A stretch of DNA of 64,000 nt, from positions 12,710,001 through 12,774,000 of the forward strand of contig OZ176052.1 of the NCBI GenBank assembly GCA_964247055.1. The letters are read 5' to 3'. The position numbers and the translations under genes were made by a program. The DNA comes from Paragordius varius. Lineage: Eukaryota > Animalia > Nematomorpha. Shown here piece by piece: positions 41,208 through 55,000 of this stretch. How positions within the stretch are numbered: the first letter of the stretch is position 1; every line of letters begins with the position of its first letter. The notes below the pieces were generated by a model that did no database searches, had not been told where the DNA came from, and worked only from the letters and a program-made list of their open reading frames with translations.

Positions 41208-41585
41208 TTAATATAACGTTCTTGTGTTTTAATTGCAAATAATGGTTTTTTATGTTTTTGTTTTCCTTATAAAATATCCAACAAAACTTCCTTATCTTAA
41301 GGAACTATCTCAAATCTGTCATGTCAAAATTTGGCTTTCTTCTACAAATGAAATCACAAGAGATTTGCCAATTGCAATTTTAAGATAATACTTTTTACTT
41401 TATTATCGAAATATGTTTAATTCTTTGGACATACATTTAAAATATGTTTTTCCACATTTTTTCAAATTTTATATTGCCACAATTACAAGAGTATTTATAA
41501 ATATTAAATTTAAATCCTGTTTATAAATTGTTGGCCTTATATTATAATTTCCTTACAACCACATTGATAAAAATATTTTGCACTA

Positions 41586-41652
41586 ATGCGGATTTTTATC
41601 CTACTTTTTGTCTTGAGCGGATATTTGAAACTTCATGGGGAAGATGTGCAAC
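41586..41652 (+). CDS. LLTP exon 1, predicted signal peptide
   Basis: MRIFILLFVLSGYLKLHG-EDVQ: a basic N-terminus and hydrophobic core, followed by a GTAACA donor. Phase 1 joins the YAG acceptor at 41746. Confidence 0.75.
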
Positions 41653-43366
41653 GTAACATTTTTTTAAATATTTTTAGAGCTGACTCAAAAACTTAGTAAA
41701 GAGAGTTGTTATATCCCAAGTATGATTTAATTAACTATTTTGTAGATTCACTTTTTGAGTATGGGTATACATATGAATACTCTTTAAATTTTAATGTTTC
41801 TAATCGATTCGTTGTCCAAATCATAAATGAAACGGCTAGTCATGAAATTTATGGCAAATGTTTGCTAACACTCAGTGTGGGAAAACAGTGTTTACACAAA
41901 TTAATGGTATAAACATATGAACAAATTTAACCAAAATAACTAGAAATTTTGCTTTATTTTTTTACCTTATTCGATTGTAATTTTAATTAACCCTTGCATA
42001 CAATTCCCCATGCATTTAATACGAATTGTATTGACATTTAAAATTAAATGGCTAAATATAAAGGCAAAAAATTAGACTATGTTCAAAAGGTGCAAGAACT
42101 AAATATAAAGATAATACTATTAATACCCTTTAAAGCACTTAAGTTTTTATTGTTACTCAATGTATTTAACTGAATTTTTAACGTATATAAATCATTATTA
42201 TTTTTATTTCTAATTTTATATTGGGACAGCCTTTTTTATTCTTATGATATAATCTATATTGATTTGGGGTAAATAGTTACTCCAATTAGAAGAGTTAAAG
42301 GAGAAAAATGTTGGCAGCTAAATTAATGATTAAATTTTATTACCTAATTTTTATGCCCTGATAATCTTACAGCGTATTAATACTTATGTGACAAAATTCA
42401 GATAAAAATGGGTTATTTTCAAGTTTTTGTATGCTAATAATAAATGAATGGCTTTGACTTTTTATATAAAAGGGAAGTCTTCCAAAATGTACAAAAGGTC
42501 TCCTCAAATTAGCTGTATATATATACTCATGTGTCAAACTTAAGGGTCCGTGTGTACGTTTCAGAAATTATAGAATGAGGAGCTTTTGAGGGAAATGTTA
42601 AGAATTAGCGCCTATAAGAGAAATTTCAAAATAATTCGCCAAATAACTTATTATAAAATACCAAAATTAAACATGAAGGGAAACGCTTGAAAATTTATAT
42701 ATTTATGATAATATTAATTAAAACAAAACCCAAAGAAGTCTTAATAATTTTTATTTTTTGAAAGCATTAAGGAATTTTATTAGGTCGAATTTTGGGGACT
42801 GAAGTTAATAGCAAAAACATGTGTATATTAACATATTTCAATTAAATGTTAATTTAAAAAACTTTTCAAAGATTAAAACCGTGCACAAACAGCTAAGTGA
42901 TTATCGTATATAAAAACCAGCATATAGTTAAAACACATGAACTATGGTTTGCATTTCAAACACACAAAAATAAAAATTATCCTTGCTTCTACGTTATCTT
43001 GATGTAGGGAGGGACACAAACTTTATTAAAATTATAATTTACATTTTGATTAAAATACTAATTATTATGGAATTGACTCTAGTTAATGCGATATAAAATG
43101 TTAAAAGTAAAACCTCTAAAATATAAAATACACTTAATTTAAATTTCATTGTGACTTATAACTTTTTACATGCGTAATACTAGTATAAATATATGATAAA
43201 AATTAGAGGCATTTTCCTTCAAGCTCTAATGGGTTAAAATCACCTATGTACATTGATTTTTGCATTTATTTTTTATATATGACTTCAAAACATTTTTTAA
43301 TTTGAAATCCTGTCAATCTATCTAAAATATGATTTCAACACATTCAAACGGATCCCAAAGTTTGGC

Positions 43367-43401
<35 letters not shown>

Positions 43402-46400
43402 CCATATTTTTATTAAATAAACTTCTATTGATTATTTTTGAAAAAGCAGGATGCTGATTATTTACCACCTTTATAAACTCATATTTTAAATTACTAGAAA
43501 AAATTTAGCTATTCGTACATTGGCATCATCTTTCTTAAATGAACTTATAAAATTATAAAGAAAATTTGGTTTAGATAAAATATCCGCCTTTTTGGCTGTT
43601 GTAGCGGTAAAAATAAAATTTATAATTTAAAGATTTTTTTATATTGGAAGAGATACAACCATTAAATGATGAAAAATAATATATCCCTTGAACAATTCAA
43701 ATTCACCCTCGAACAATTCAAATTCACCCTAAAAATAAATTAGGTGTTTTCAAACTAATATAATTCATTATTAATGTGAAATATATCTTTATGGCATAGT
43801 TTATTATTTTTTCAGTATTATTTTAATTTAAAATATAATTTTTATTCTTTAAAAATATAAAAAATATAGGTAATTTTTAATCTAAAAAATCATATATTTT
43901 ATATAAGGGTGAATTTGAATTGTTTGAGGGGAATATGAATTGTTCAAGGGTGAATTTGAATCTAAATGATATATATTTTCATTTGTTACCCGGTTAAAAT
44001 TACTAAACTGGTTAAAAGGTACAGGATAATAATTTATATCTAAAAAATTGAGATATAGATTTTTTAGAATGTAGTGTTTAAGCCGGTTTATTCATATCAA
44101 TTTCTCACTCTAAAGCATCAATGTAATAAATACTATTTATGTATTATAAAACAAGTTTAAAACCTGTACGGCTTCCCAAGTAACTCATGAATTTCAAATT
44201 CATCCCCAAACAGTCGATATAACTGAAATATTTGCTACATTGGAAAAGTATTTATTTTAAACGTTCTATATAATCTAATATTTTAAAAGGTTTTCGTATA
44301 AATTAATAGAGAATAAATTATATTTTTTTAGATGATTGTATTTTTTGAAAAATGGTTATTAATATAGATTATATTCTGTGAAACAGGTGAGTGAAACCAG
44401 AGATAACTATTTTTAGACTCTTTTTAACCTTTAGATGTATTCAAAAAGGTTCAATTTTGACTAAATTTATTAATTAAGTTATAAACTAATATAAATAACC
44501 ATAAAATATTCAATCAATATTCGGAAATTATTAGATCCATTTTATTAAAAAGGTCGGAAATTATATTTCAAACAAATAAGAATGAGGTATCCCACGTTTT
44601 TCATTCTCCAAATGATGGGACAGACATCGTGAATTTTAAAAAATCCATTGCTTCTGCAATATGGATAACAAATGACATTGATGGATTGACTGCTAAACCT
44701 CAAAAATTGGTAACAATAGCTTTAGTTTTTCTTCAAACTATTATAAATAGCCTTTAAATAATTTTATGAAATATTTAGCGGGACATTCGTGGTACTTGTC
44801 TAACTGTCCATGCATCGGATCAATATGCAAGCAATTCCTCCAAGGACGAGGTTAACCTGTACCGAAGAAAATTGGGGTCTACATGTGAACAAAATGAGTT
44901 CGCCAAAAACACATTTCCTCAATCGCCCTTTAATAAAAACAATATACAGGTATAATATAATATAAATCATACAAACTTTTTCTATCAATAATTTTTTTTT
45001 GTTGAAATTAAAATATGCATAACATATAAATAGGCGAATTATACCTTTTTTTGCGAAAGTATTTATTACATTTACAAAAGATGTTGGTCAATGCATTTAC
45101 TCAACAAAACATCCTTTGTCAATACACAATAAAAAAATCCGAAAAATCACTAACATTCATTAATTGCACAGAAACATATTTGACATCTGCGTTGGGAAGT
45201 GTTGCAGTTGCAAAGTAAAAATTGTTTAATATACTAATGACATGTTACAGGGGTCACCAGCATAAATAGTGTCACGGGCCGTCTTTTTATCTAAAAAACG
45301 GTTAACCGATTATGAAAAAAGGAACATTAATAAAAGTTTTATTAGAGTTCAAACATCATACTGTAAAAAATGCAAAAAATATAACTACTAATTATTTAAT
45401 TAGTTTTTGCTGTTAGTTCATGGCCAATGGGGAGGATTTATTTAAAAATTTGTTTAGAATTCAATTTACTTTGAACAGCCGCAATCGCCCTGCGGGCCGT
45501 GGACACCCCTATTTTGATATATATTATTTTAGTGGCGTTGTGTTAATTTTAAAGTTTGTCAAATCAATATTATTTAAACAATCTAACCCCTAATATTATG
45601 ATAAAAGCATAGTGACAAATAAATATAAAATAATTTAATTATGTCCGATTTTAGGCTTTAGTAGTAATGTGTATTAATTACAATGAAGACAATAACTAAA
45701 AATGCGTATAATATTTTTTTTCATGAGGCAAATCATTTATAACATTTGGTCATAGTTTTACCATTTTTTTATTATTAAAATAATATTAAAATAATTATAG
45801 TACATATGCAACCAAGTGCCGCATGCGGTTCCTAAGATATGATTTTATGGCGAAGTATAAATAATAAAAGTGATGGAGTTTTAACCAAATAAGGGTCATT
45901 AAAAATTATAACTTATTTTATTTTCTGTTTTTTCTCTTTACCATAAAAATTAAGTTTATCTAAGGTACACACTCAACCCATATCCTCTATAAGGGGACTA
46001 TGCAACAAAATTAAAATAAAATAAAAAATTTTAATTTTCACTTGGTTAAAGAATTTGCCATTTCGATATTGTGATTCAATAAATTTTTTAGTATTCTCTG
46101 TTCCACCACTAAAAGAAATTCTAGACTCCTTATTTGCTTCAAATTTGAGAGTTTCAGGCAATATTTTTATGATTAAAAATTTTTTCAGTAGAATATTAAT
46201 GATGTTCATTTCCGAACAATAACGAACAACCGACATTATATATCATAAATTACTACTTTTATTTACTGGCCCCTTATTGGATAGGAATATTAGTCTCAAG
46301 AAATTTTTCTGGTGTGTTAATTTGTTAAATTAGGTTCGATCACTTTCCTGAGCATTGAAGAATGCAAGGCATATTCTATTTTTCTATATATTTATGGAAG

Positions 46401-48974
46401 CTTTATGTTAAAAATTTGGAATTAGTTTAGAATGTGATTATAATATAAATGCATAAATATATATTGACAGCTTATTATAAAGATAAATAAGATGCGGCCA
46501 TTTTGTTATGGCAACTGTGCTTTAGAGGATATAATATTTTCAATTAAAAAACATTGTTATATCATTACATATAATCTTTCAATATGTATTAAGCTAATTT
46601 GATTTAGTTTGATTTTAATTAATTTGGAATATTTGAACAAATGATTTGGTGACATGTGCCATACTTTAAATTAAAATCAATAATAAGGACCAAAAAATAT
46701 AACCGTTTATTAAACATTTATATCCGTGAATTTCTACGACAATAAAATAAGTATTAATTATTCAATATATTTGGAAAGTAGATTAACGCGATAGAATATA
46801 ATTCAATGTGAAAAATGTCAAAACTAATCATTATCATCATTTTTACTATAAATAGATTTCAAATTATTAATAACTGATTTTGCACCTGTGGCCCAAAATA
46901 TCTAAAATTATGAAGTACTAAAATCAAATTATAAAATTATATATATATCGGATTTTATATTAATTTAGTACGGAAATGAAACTTTTGTCAAAACAAAGCG
47001 CTTTAAACATTGACTTCGATGTAGCCGTGGCTGATAACACAAAATTCACGAAATCTTCAATACTATACCAGTACGATCAAAGAAAACTAAGAAACTATGT
47101 TCTTCAACAGTCCATCAAACCTAAGGCCCAATCTTTAAATAGTATTTTAATTTATTTAATGTATGCTTTAAAAATTAAAAAGGATTTTTTGGAATTTGGC
47201 TGCGACAAAAATGGTAATGTTATTAAATCATATCTCTTGATAGCTTCAAGATAAAAAACCAAATGATATATGCGGTTAAAATACTAGAAAGGAATTTAAA
47301 TGTTTCTGTATACCCAAAAAAATCGCATTTTTATCACATATTAGGTCAAATTACCATTGATGAAATCGCGTCAATTAAATTTATTTATTATAATATAGCA
47401 TAAGGGTAATTCTAAACGCAAAATATTATCAACAAAGATTTAACATTTTTTAGAGGCCCTCAGAAAGATTTTCAAGGATATAATAAAAAAATCCTCTTGT
47501 GGTGTCAAATTGAATCATAAAAACTAATATGCGGTAAAAGATTTTAAACAATCCCATAATAGATCCATATAGAGAGATTACCCAATATATCGCCTTCAAA
47601 AAAATTTAAGCCTTTATAAATTAATTGCACCAAAGCGGAAGTTGTGTATGATTTTTACAAAATATCCAATATATATGTTATAATTTTTCCATACAATTCG
47701 ATGCCGAAAAAAGATCTGTCCTCTCAGATTTTAGATATAGGGATTTTTTTCCTTCTAAAACCTAATTAAATATTTTTTGCGCCATTTTGGTTTTTATACC
47801 GGCTTTAGGGCATAAAAATGCCCCAACTTAAAAAATAGAGTCTATATATTTTCTCTGCATCGAAGTTTCGAAGTATGGAAAAGAAAATATTGAATGTTTT
47901 GTAATATTTGCAGCTTCCGCGTTGATGCAAATTATCGAAAAATTCTTTTTTATATATTCTTGAAGGCGATATATTGGGTAAACACTATACATACATTTAA
48001 TATATGATAGTTTTAATAAAAGTTAAAGTCTTTACCGCATATTAACAAAATTTTATAAAAATTTGTGCCAAAGATCAAAGGTTCAGCTTATATACTCGAA
48101 AATCTTTCAAATACCCTTCAAAAAAATGTAAAATCTTTGTTGATAATATTTTGCGTTCAGAATTATCCGCAACAAAAATAAAATTTAGGCAATAAAATAT
48201 AGATTTTTTTATTTTGACTAATAATTGAAAAATTTAAATATCTTCTTTCTATTTTAACCGCTTATATAATTTTGATATTCACCTGAAGTATTTAGCTATC
48301 GAATGTTATATGCTTGACATTCGTTTTTTTGCTGCACACCGTTTTATAATATATTTAAGCATAGTTCATAAAATCGAAGACTAAATCATGTTTATTCATA
48401 AGGTATAATCGATTTTTAGTGATATACTCATAAAAAGGGTTAAGATTAAAATCTTTTTAACGTTTTATCAAATTGAAGTGGAGCAAGGGTCCGAATACAA
48501 TAAACTAGGATTTATGTATTTTAGTTGATAGTTTTGTAAAATCACTAAATTATTTAATTTTTAACAATACATTAATAAACTTTAATAAATTTATCCATGC
48601 TTATAAAATGATATCATACAATTCAGATTGCTTTTAGATACGGTTGTGTCAATAAAATACCCAATTAATATATAATGCGATAAATTCTGAATTTGTATTA
48701 TGATATCTCATGTGCATCTTTTTGGATCTATTTATTTGATAAATAGAGCCATATAACATCAAACTAAATAATTAATTATTTACAGGCATCGCAAAATATT
48801 TGGATGAAATACGTGTAGGACACAATCAAATAGAACCGTTCAATATTGCGGCACCTTTTGAAAATCTGCTCAAGGAGATAAGGATAGCTTCTGCCGAGGA
48901 TCTATCCGCGCAGAGTGATTTGTTATTTGAGAGTGAAAAAAATATGGTAATTACAATACGATGTATAAATATAG

Positions 48975-49020
<46 letters not shown>

Positions 49021-52000
49021 TTCATAAGTTTGACAAGTTTAAAACAATTAATTTTATTATCTAATAATCCAAATTATTTTGCATAGTTGAATATTTAAAT
49101 ATATTATTTTATTAATATAATCTTATCGTTTATATTATAATCATAAAATATTTAATCGTTGATCAATTACTAATATTGATTAACCTAATGTGTAAATAGA
49201 TTAACAGCTGTAATTTTAATTCACATTTTCGAGTGGTTTAAAACGTTTAAATTGTAAATTCATATTATGAACTCTAAACGAAAAAAAAACATTCCAATTC
49301 TATTATGAATTTTAGAGAACCAACCGACCCGTTTCATAGTGGATATGTGAACTAGTGTTGTAAAGTTTAAAAAAATTGCATAAATGATTAAAATTTTTAA
49401 TTCTCTCTTGCGATCAAAATTGTTTAGTTTTCAGCAACAATATAAAAGGTTTTTATATCATAGTTAATCTCTCAATAATTTTTTATTATAGCATGTTTGA
49501 TTCTTTATCAATGAAAATTTTGATATATTCCCCCTTGAACAATTCAAATTCAACCTTACAATTGAAATATACCAAACAATTCACATAAAATAGATTGTTG
49601 TTTTTTAAGATTAAAAGCTATATTTTTGTATATTTTTTAAAAATGAATTTGTTTAAAATTAAAATAATACTGAAAAATTAATAAACTATGTCATAAAGAT
49701 ATATTTCAGATTAATTAAGTTATATTAGCTCGAAAATTTATAATTTATTTTTAGGGTGAATTTGAATTGTTCAAGGGTAAATTTGAAGTTCAAGGGTGAA
49801 TTGGTATACATAAAAATCCTTATTAATATATTCAATTTTATGCATTAAAGTAATTACCTTCAAAATATTTTATAAGTATTTCGCTTTCTAACGTTACACG
49901 CAAAAGACATAAAACCTATAGACGAATAGAGTTGGAACATGTTTAACAACATAGATTATTATATGAAACTACAAAATTATCATTTAAAACATTGACCCTA
50001 TTAGGATATCAGACAAATATATCTGGAAGCCCTAAGTCAAGCGGACACCATTGAAAGTGTTGCAGAATGCGTACGACTTATTACTGCAAAGTTATTATCC
50101 CCAAGCCAGAGACAAAGTGTAATTAGGCGTTTGGGCATGCTAACAAACACTAATTTGGACATGGTCGAAAGTTTATTGGTATTTATATTTGTTCCATATA
50201 TTTTTTACTATGTATTATTAACAGTGTAACAAAAATTATTCTTGAAAATACAAATGTTCTGATGATAGAAAATTGTATTGGGATCATGATGCTTTAGGTT
50301 TTAGTCGCGAGTGATTAAAAAAATTTGTGGTAATTACTCTATATTGAAAAATCGTAAAATCTAATATTGTGCTTAGATTATATCATTTAAATATTATAAT
50401 TTTAAATAGCAATAAAATATTTTAATTTAATTTTAACTTGTGGACGTATTTTCGATTGTCTCAAATTTCTGAATATTTATATGGGCTAATTTTCTTGAAA
50501 TAAGTGCAAAATGCTGAAATTTCACGATAACGATATTGAAAAATACTTTTCTTTTTTAGCAAAATTTTGAAACGTATTAAATGGTATTTTGAAGCAAGTT
50601 CGACTGAATATAAAACGACTTTTTAATTAAATTTTTTCATGAACATATCATCTCAGATGGTTTTGTCATCTCTAATATAAATTGTACTTTTCGCAAAAAA
50701 CCTGCTTTAAATTGAAGGCAACACATCTTGTAAAACAGCTTATATATGAAATTGAGCATTATCTTATGCAGAAATTTGATTTAGTTTTATTTTTTTTTTC
50801 CTGAAAAAGGTTATACAAATATAACCGAAAAATAGATATTTATTAAATAAATTAACTATTTATTTAAAAATCATTTATACGCGTTTTCGCCATTTATTTC
50901 AGCGTTCTTAAAAGATTATTGTTCCTAATACGCTTAAATGAAATTTTACTAAAAAACATATTTTAAGCAAAGTATCCATTTATTTAGTATTAACTTTTTT
51001 GATGTCATAAGCACAAAAAATTGTTATCGCGATCAGAATTTTGCATTTATTTTAAATGACTTTGATTTTTAAAGACTAAAAATTCGAATTCTAAGACAAA
51101 TCAGATTGAAATCTTATGTAATTATTGTTTTGGTTTGTAAATAGGGTTTCAATTCTTTATTTATATTTTTTAATGTTTAACTTTTACAAATTTTTTTAGC
51201 ATAATGTGCTCAAAATCTGTGATTTAAAGCCATTAAAAGTGTGATAATATCTTAAATTATCAGTAAGACCAAAAACGAAAGGCACAATTTCTGATGCATT
51301 TTCTTTAATATGCATACCGTTTGCATTTCAAGAGTGTCCTTGAACACTTTAAGTTGGTCCCTTAACTATTTTAATTTGTGTTTAAAATATATATCAACCA
51401 AACCGTGTATATTTCAAATATTTTACCATTTTTAACATATTCTCTTGATTAGACCAGACACCGTATATCTCCATTAACTATTTAAAAAATATTTTAATTA
51501 CCGAAAAATTATAAGTTTTCTGGGTTATTAATTAAATTTAGTTGAAAACATCTATAATTGAATAATATTCTTGAATTGGAATAAATTAGTTCAAAATAAA
51601 AAGTAGATTTTTTAAAAAAATTTTAATTTTAAATGAATAAATATGTTATAATCAAGAAAATATTAAAAATAATTAAATAAATAAAATTAATGCATAATTT
51701 ATGAGTAAATTCAAAAAGTTTAAGAACCAACTTGAAATGTTAAAGGGTCAACATGAGGTGTTCAAGGACCACTTGAAATGTTCGTGGACCAACTTGAGGT
51801 GTTCAAGGACATTGTGAAGCAAATGGTATATTATATCAGGATTTTATAAATAGTTTCCAATTTCGTGCACTTAAATTAAAAATTAACTGATTTCATGAAT
51901 ATTATTTATGGAAAATATATTTATAAAATCAGAAATTATGCACTGAGTTTCCTTATGATGATCAATGCTTGTATGCCTTGGGCTCTAGTATTGACTATGC

Positions 52001-55000
52001 GCGTTTGAACTATGTTAATAGAAGACATGATTTCAACACAACTTATCCAAGAGTTGTTGACTCTGTATTTAACCATTTTGTCCAATATATAACCGATAAC
52101 TGCTCATTAGAAACTTCCAAATATCGGTAAATATATAAAGAATTAATTTATTGGCAGGGCTCCCTTTTCGTAAAAACATTAAACCTATATTTTTTTATTA
52201 TCACTAAAATTTGATCGATCGAAAAAGTTTTGAATTTCATTCACAAAAAATTTGGATCGAATGTGAATTTAAGATATAATGTAGAAAGTTATTATTCAGA
52301 AGGGCTTCAAAAAAGACCTTTATTTTTAACAAAAAAATTATTTTAGAAGTAACTCGACAGTATTTTGATGTGTTTTTACGATGTGCAAAATAACCCAGAA
52401 ATAAAAAGTTTCATATTAAATAAAAAACCTTAGTCTTTAATGTAAAAAAAGATAGACTAATATGAAAATAGGAAATAACGATATTAGGTTAATTCATAGT
52501 TACATCGGTTAAATTTATTAGGAAAATCAAATATTTGAGGAACGACTTGATGAGCTCAAAGGCTAGGATAACTATTGCAATATTTACTAATCAACGTAAA
52601 ATGTTAAAGGATTAACTAGAAGTGATAGTTTATAGTAGAATTATTTCGGACGTAGTTCGAAAATCAGAGCGGATGGTGTGCTTAACACCACAATTAAATA
52701 AGCTAATTGCTTGATTCAAATTATAAAGAGGCCAAAACTTTAATAACCCAAAATCTATTAAAATTTCCAAAATGTTATTATAATTATGATATATATTTAT
52801 GTTTACATTGTATTATCTATAGCTTTTATAAAGAGTAAGTATAATGAAAAAAATGCTTTATTATTTGATCATGCCGATTCCGAATGATTTATTTTCTTGT
52901 ATATTTCTGAAATAACATAACATGGAAACTGGTCATTATGAGTAAAGGCAGGTTAACCCCAAACAATATTCATTTTCACAAATAGCAAATAGGGTTTTGT
53001 GCAAAATTGTTTTATTTTGCATAAATCAACAATACATTAATACTTTGTTACTTAGAAATGTGAAAACCCCTGAAGATAAAGTTTTACTTCAGTTAGCAGC
53101 CATTAAGGCTTTATTGAACACTCGAGAAACTATAAAGGATACTAGCCATAACATTTTCAATGAATTGATGGGTTGTGTTCGGAATTTTAAGTCCCCATAT
53201 CTCATTCAGATTTCAGCTATGGAGGTTATATGAAATATTGCTTTTATATTAATAATGTGGCTGTATGGAATTATAATATGATTTAAGTATGTTATCAAGT
53301 AAATGATATTTTATAAAAATAAATTAAAGATATTTGTAAGATGGATTTTATATTAATAATTTTAGCGAACATGGGTAAAGATAACATTGCTCCAACAATT
53401 TTAGCAAACATTTTTAGTATGTAGGTCCTCTATGATTTTTTCTCCAAACTCAAGATAAAATATCTAATGTAACAAATTTAATCATAAAATATTTAATGTA
53501 ACGGTAAATTTAATTACCGCCCACCTAGTAAACGCGCCGCTTATGAGAAAATTTATTTATTTGATATTAGGTTTTACAATATGCATCTTCGGATTTCTTA
53601 CAATACACAGATTTGGAAGACTTTATAAGCAATCCGCGATACTCCTTGGGAGTTAGATGGGCTGCATTTTTACAAGCCATCAGCTACGAAAAAACTTATG
53701 ATATTGCAACTCAAGCTTGGTACAATGAAAGCGAAAGTAGTCAATTCAAATCTCTGGCCGGCACATATTTTAACACAATTTTATCAGTATCCGAACCGTT
53801 TTATCATGAGTATTATTTAATGTTTACACATATGTAAAAGTGATTGATAAGGATCAAAAACTGATTTTAATATTACCATATTTTAGTTTATAATGATACC
53901 TATATATTATATGGGTAAGAATTAAGCGCTTTGTTCTTGCTAAAATAGTTTTATCCAAAACATTGTTTATCTCTCTTGTGGCGCTTTACCGCTATATATA
54001 GTTTCTGTCACGTCCACTCTTTCTAATTAAGTTTTTAAATGGTGCTTTCAAATCTGACACACTATGAGATATATATCTATAAATAGTAAGCACATTTATG
54101 TTGGCAAATTCACATTATTTTTGACCCATTGGCAATACAGTAGCGAGATAATAAATGACTGAAATAAAACAATTTTTTTTATCTAACAACATTTTTGTGC
54201 ATTTAATTAGAGACCAAGATATCATAAGCTGCTCTATACCCCCAAATGATTGGCCACCATATATATATTATGTTAATAATGAATTATATAATCACATTAT
54301 TACCAATAAATCAATTAATAACAATTACAAATAGTGTATTTACAATTTTAATTTAGTTGGGTTGTTGGAGTTAAAAAATCTTTGGCAAAGTTACCAAATG
54401 TAGCTGACATGTCCTATAGACATCCGACATCGCATTCTCAAACGTATTTGAGAAGTATACCATTTCACGCCCCTTTTATAGGATCAATGAGTAATTCTCT
54501 AAATTATCGATTAGTAATAAATCGCAAAATTTTATTAAACTCAATATACGTTGATATGCACAGAATTCATTATTTTTTATTTAAAAAACAATATAGATTT
54601 GCACGTTTTTACACATGTCATTTATGAGAGAGCGATCAGTTTTATCCCAAATTATGTCATTAATTACTTTATCTTACAATATGGTGGTGCCTTTTATCCT
54701 GTTTATGAGATTGGAGTGGTGGGAGGAGGACAGATCCTGGAGGACCTTTTGATTTTTTTCAATGAGTTTGCTCAATCCGAAGATTATACTATCATTTATA
54801 ACTTAATTGGTCAAAGTGCTAAAGAATGGGTGAAGCAAAATTTTCCGGTAATATTTTAACCTAAATAGCTAACAATATGTATTTCAATGGTTTTTTGCTA
54901 TCTAAAAATTTTTTAGGGTATATGAAACAAAAATATTTTTTAAATGATCATTTATATTGCATAGGACATCGATTTGAAAATTGGGGAAATGGGAAATATT

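Noticed and set aside
42064-42143. Apparent LLTP exon QKIRLCSKGARTKYKDNTINNPLKHL needing a non-canonical GT-GG intron
   Set aside because: Exon 44156-44247 gives a canonical in-phase join and a better match to the apoB C-x8-CT and EEFAA motifs.
42277-42690. LLQLEELKEKN and NEELLREML as relics of the IFT54 C-terminal coiled coil inside LLTP intron 2
   Set aside because: Matches are only about 4 residues each, flanked by stops, and would need splicing across LLTP exons 1-2 from an implausible donor. Treated as chance unless a profile search supports it.
47183-47213. Separate exon DFLEFGCDKN
   Set aside because: A GT-AG intron from 47142 would be 41 nt and shift the frame. Exon 7 joins exon 8 directly in phase 1, and the sequence overlaps a foldback terminus.
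52822-52834. 13-nt micro-exon with a perfect GTAAGT donor; similar case at 44370-44388 with GTGAGT
   Set aside because: Neither is needed: flanking exons join in phase without them and inclusion breaks the frame or the homology spacing.
53341-53424. ILANMGKD resembling the LLTP LKALGNxG motif
   Set aside because: Exons 11 and 12 join in phase 0 with continuous homology (ISAME|VLQY), and the motif position is already filled by IKALLN.
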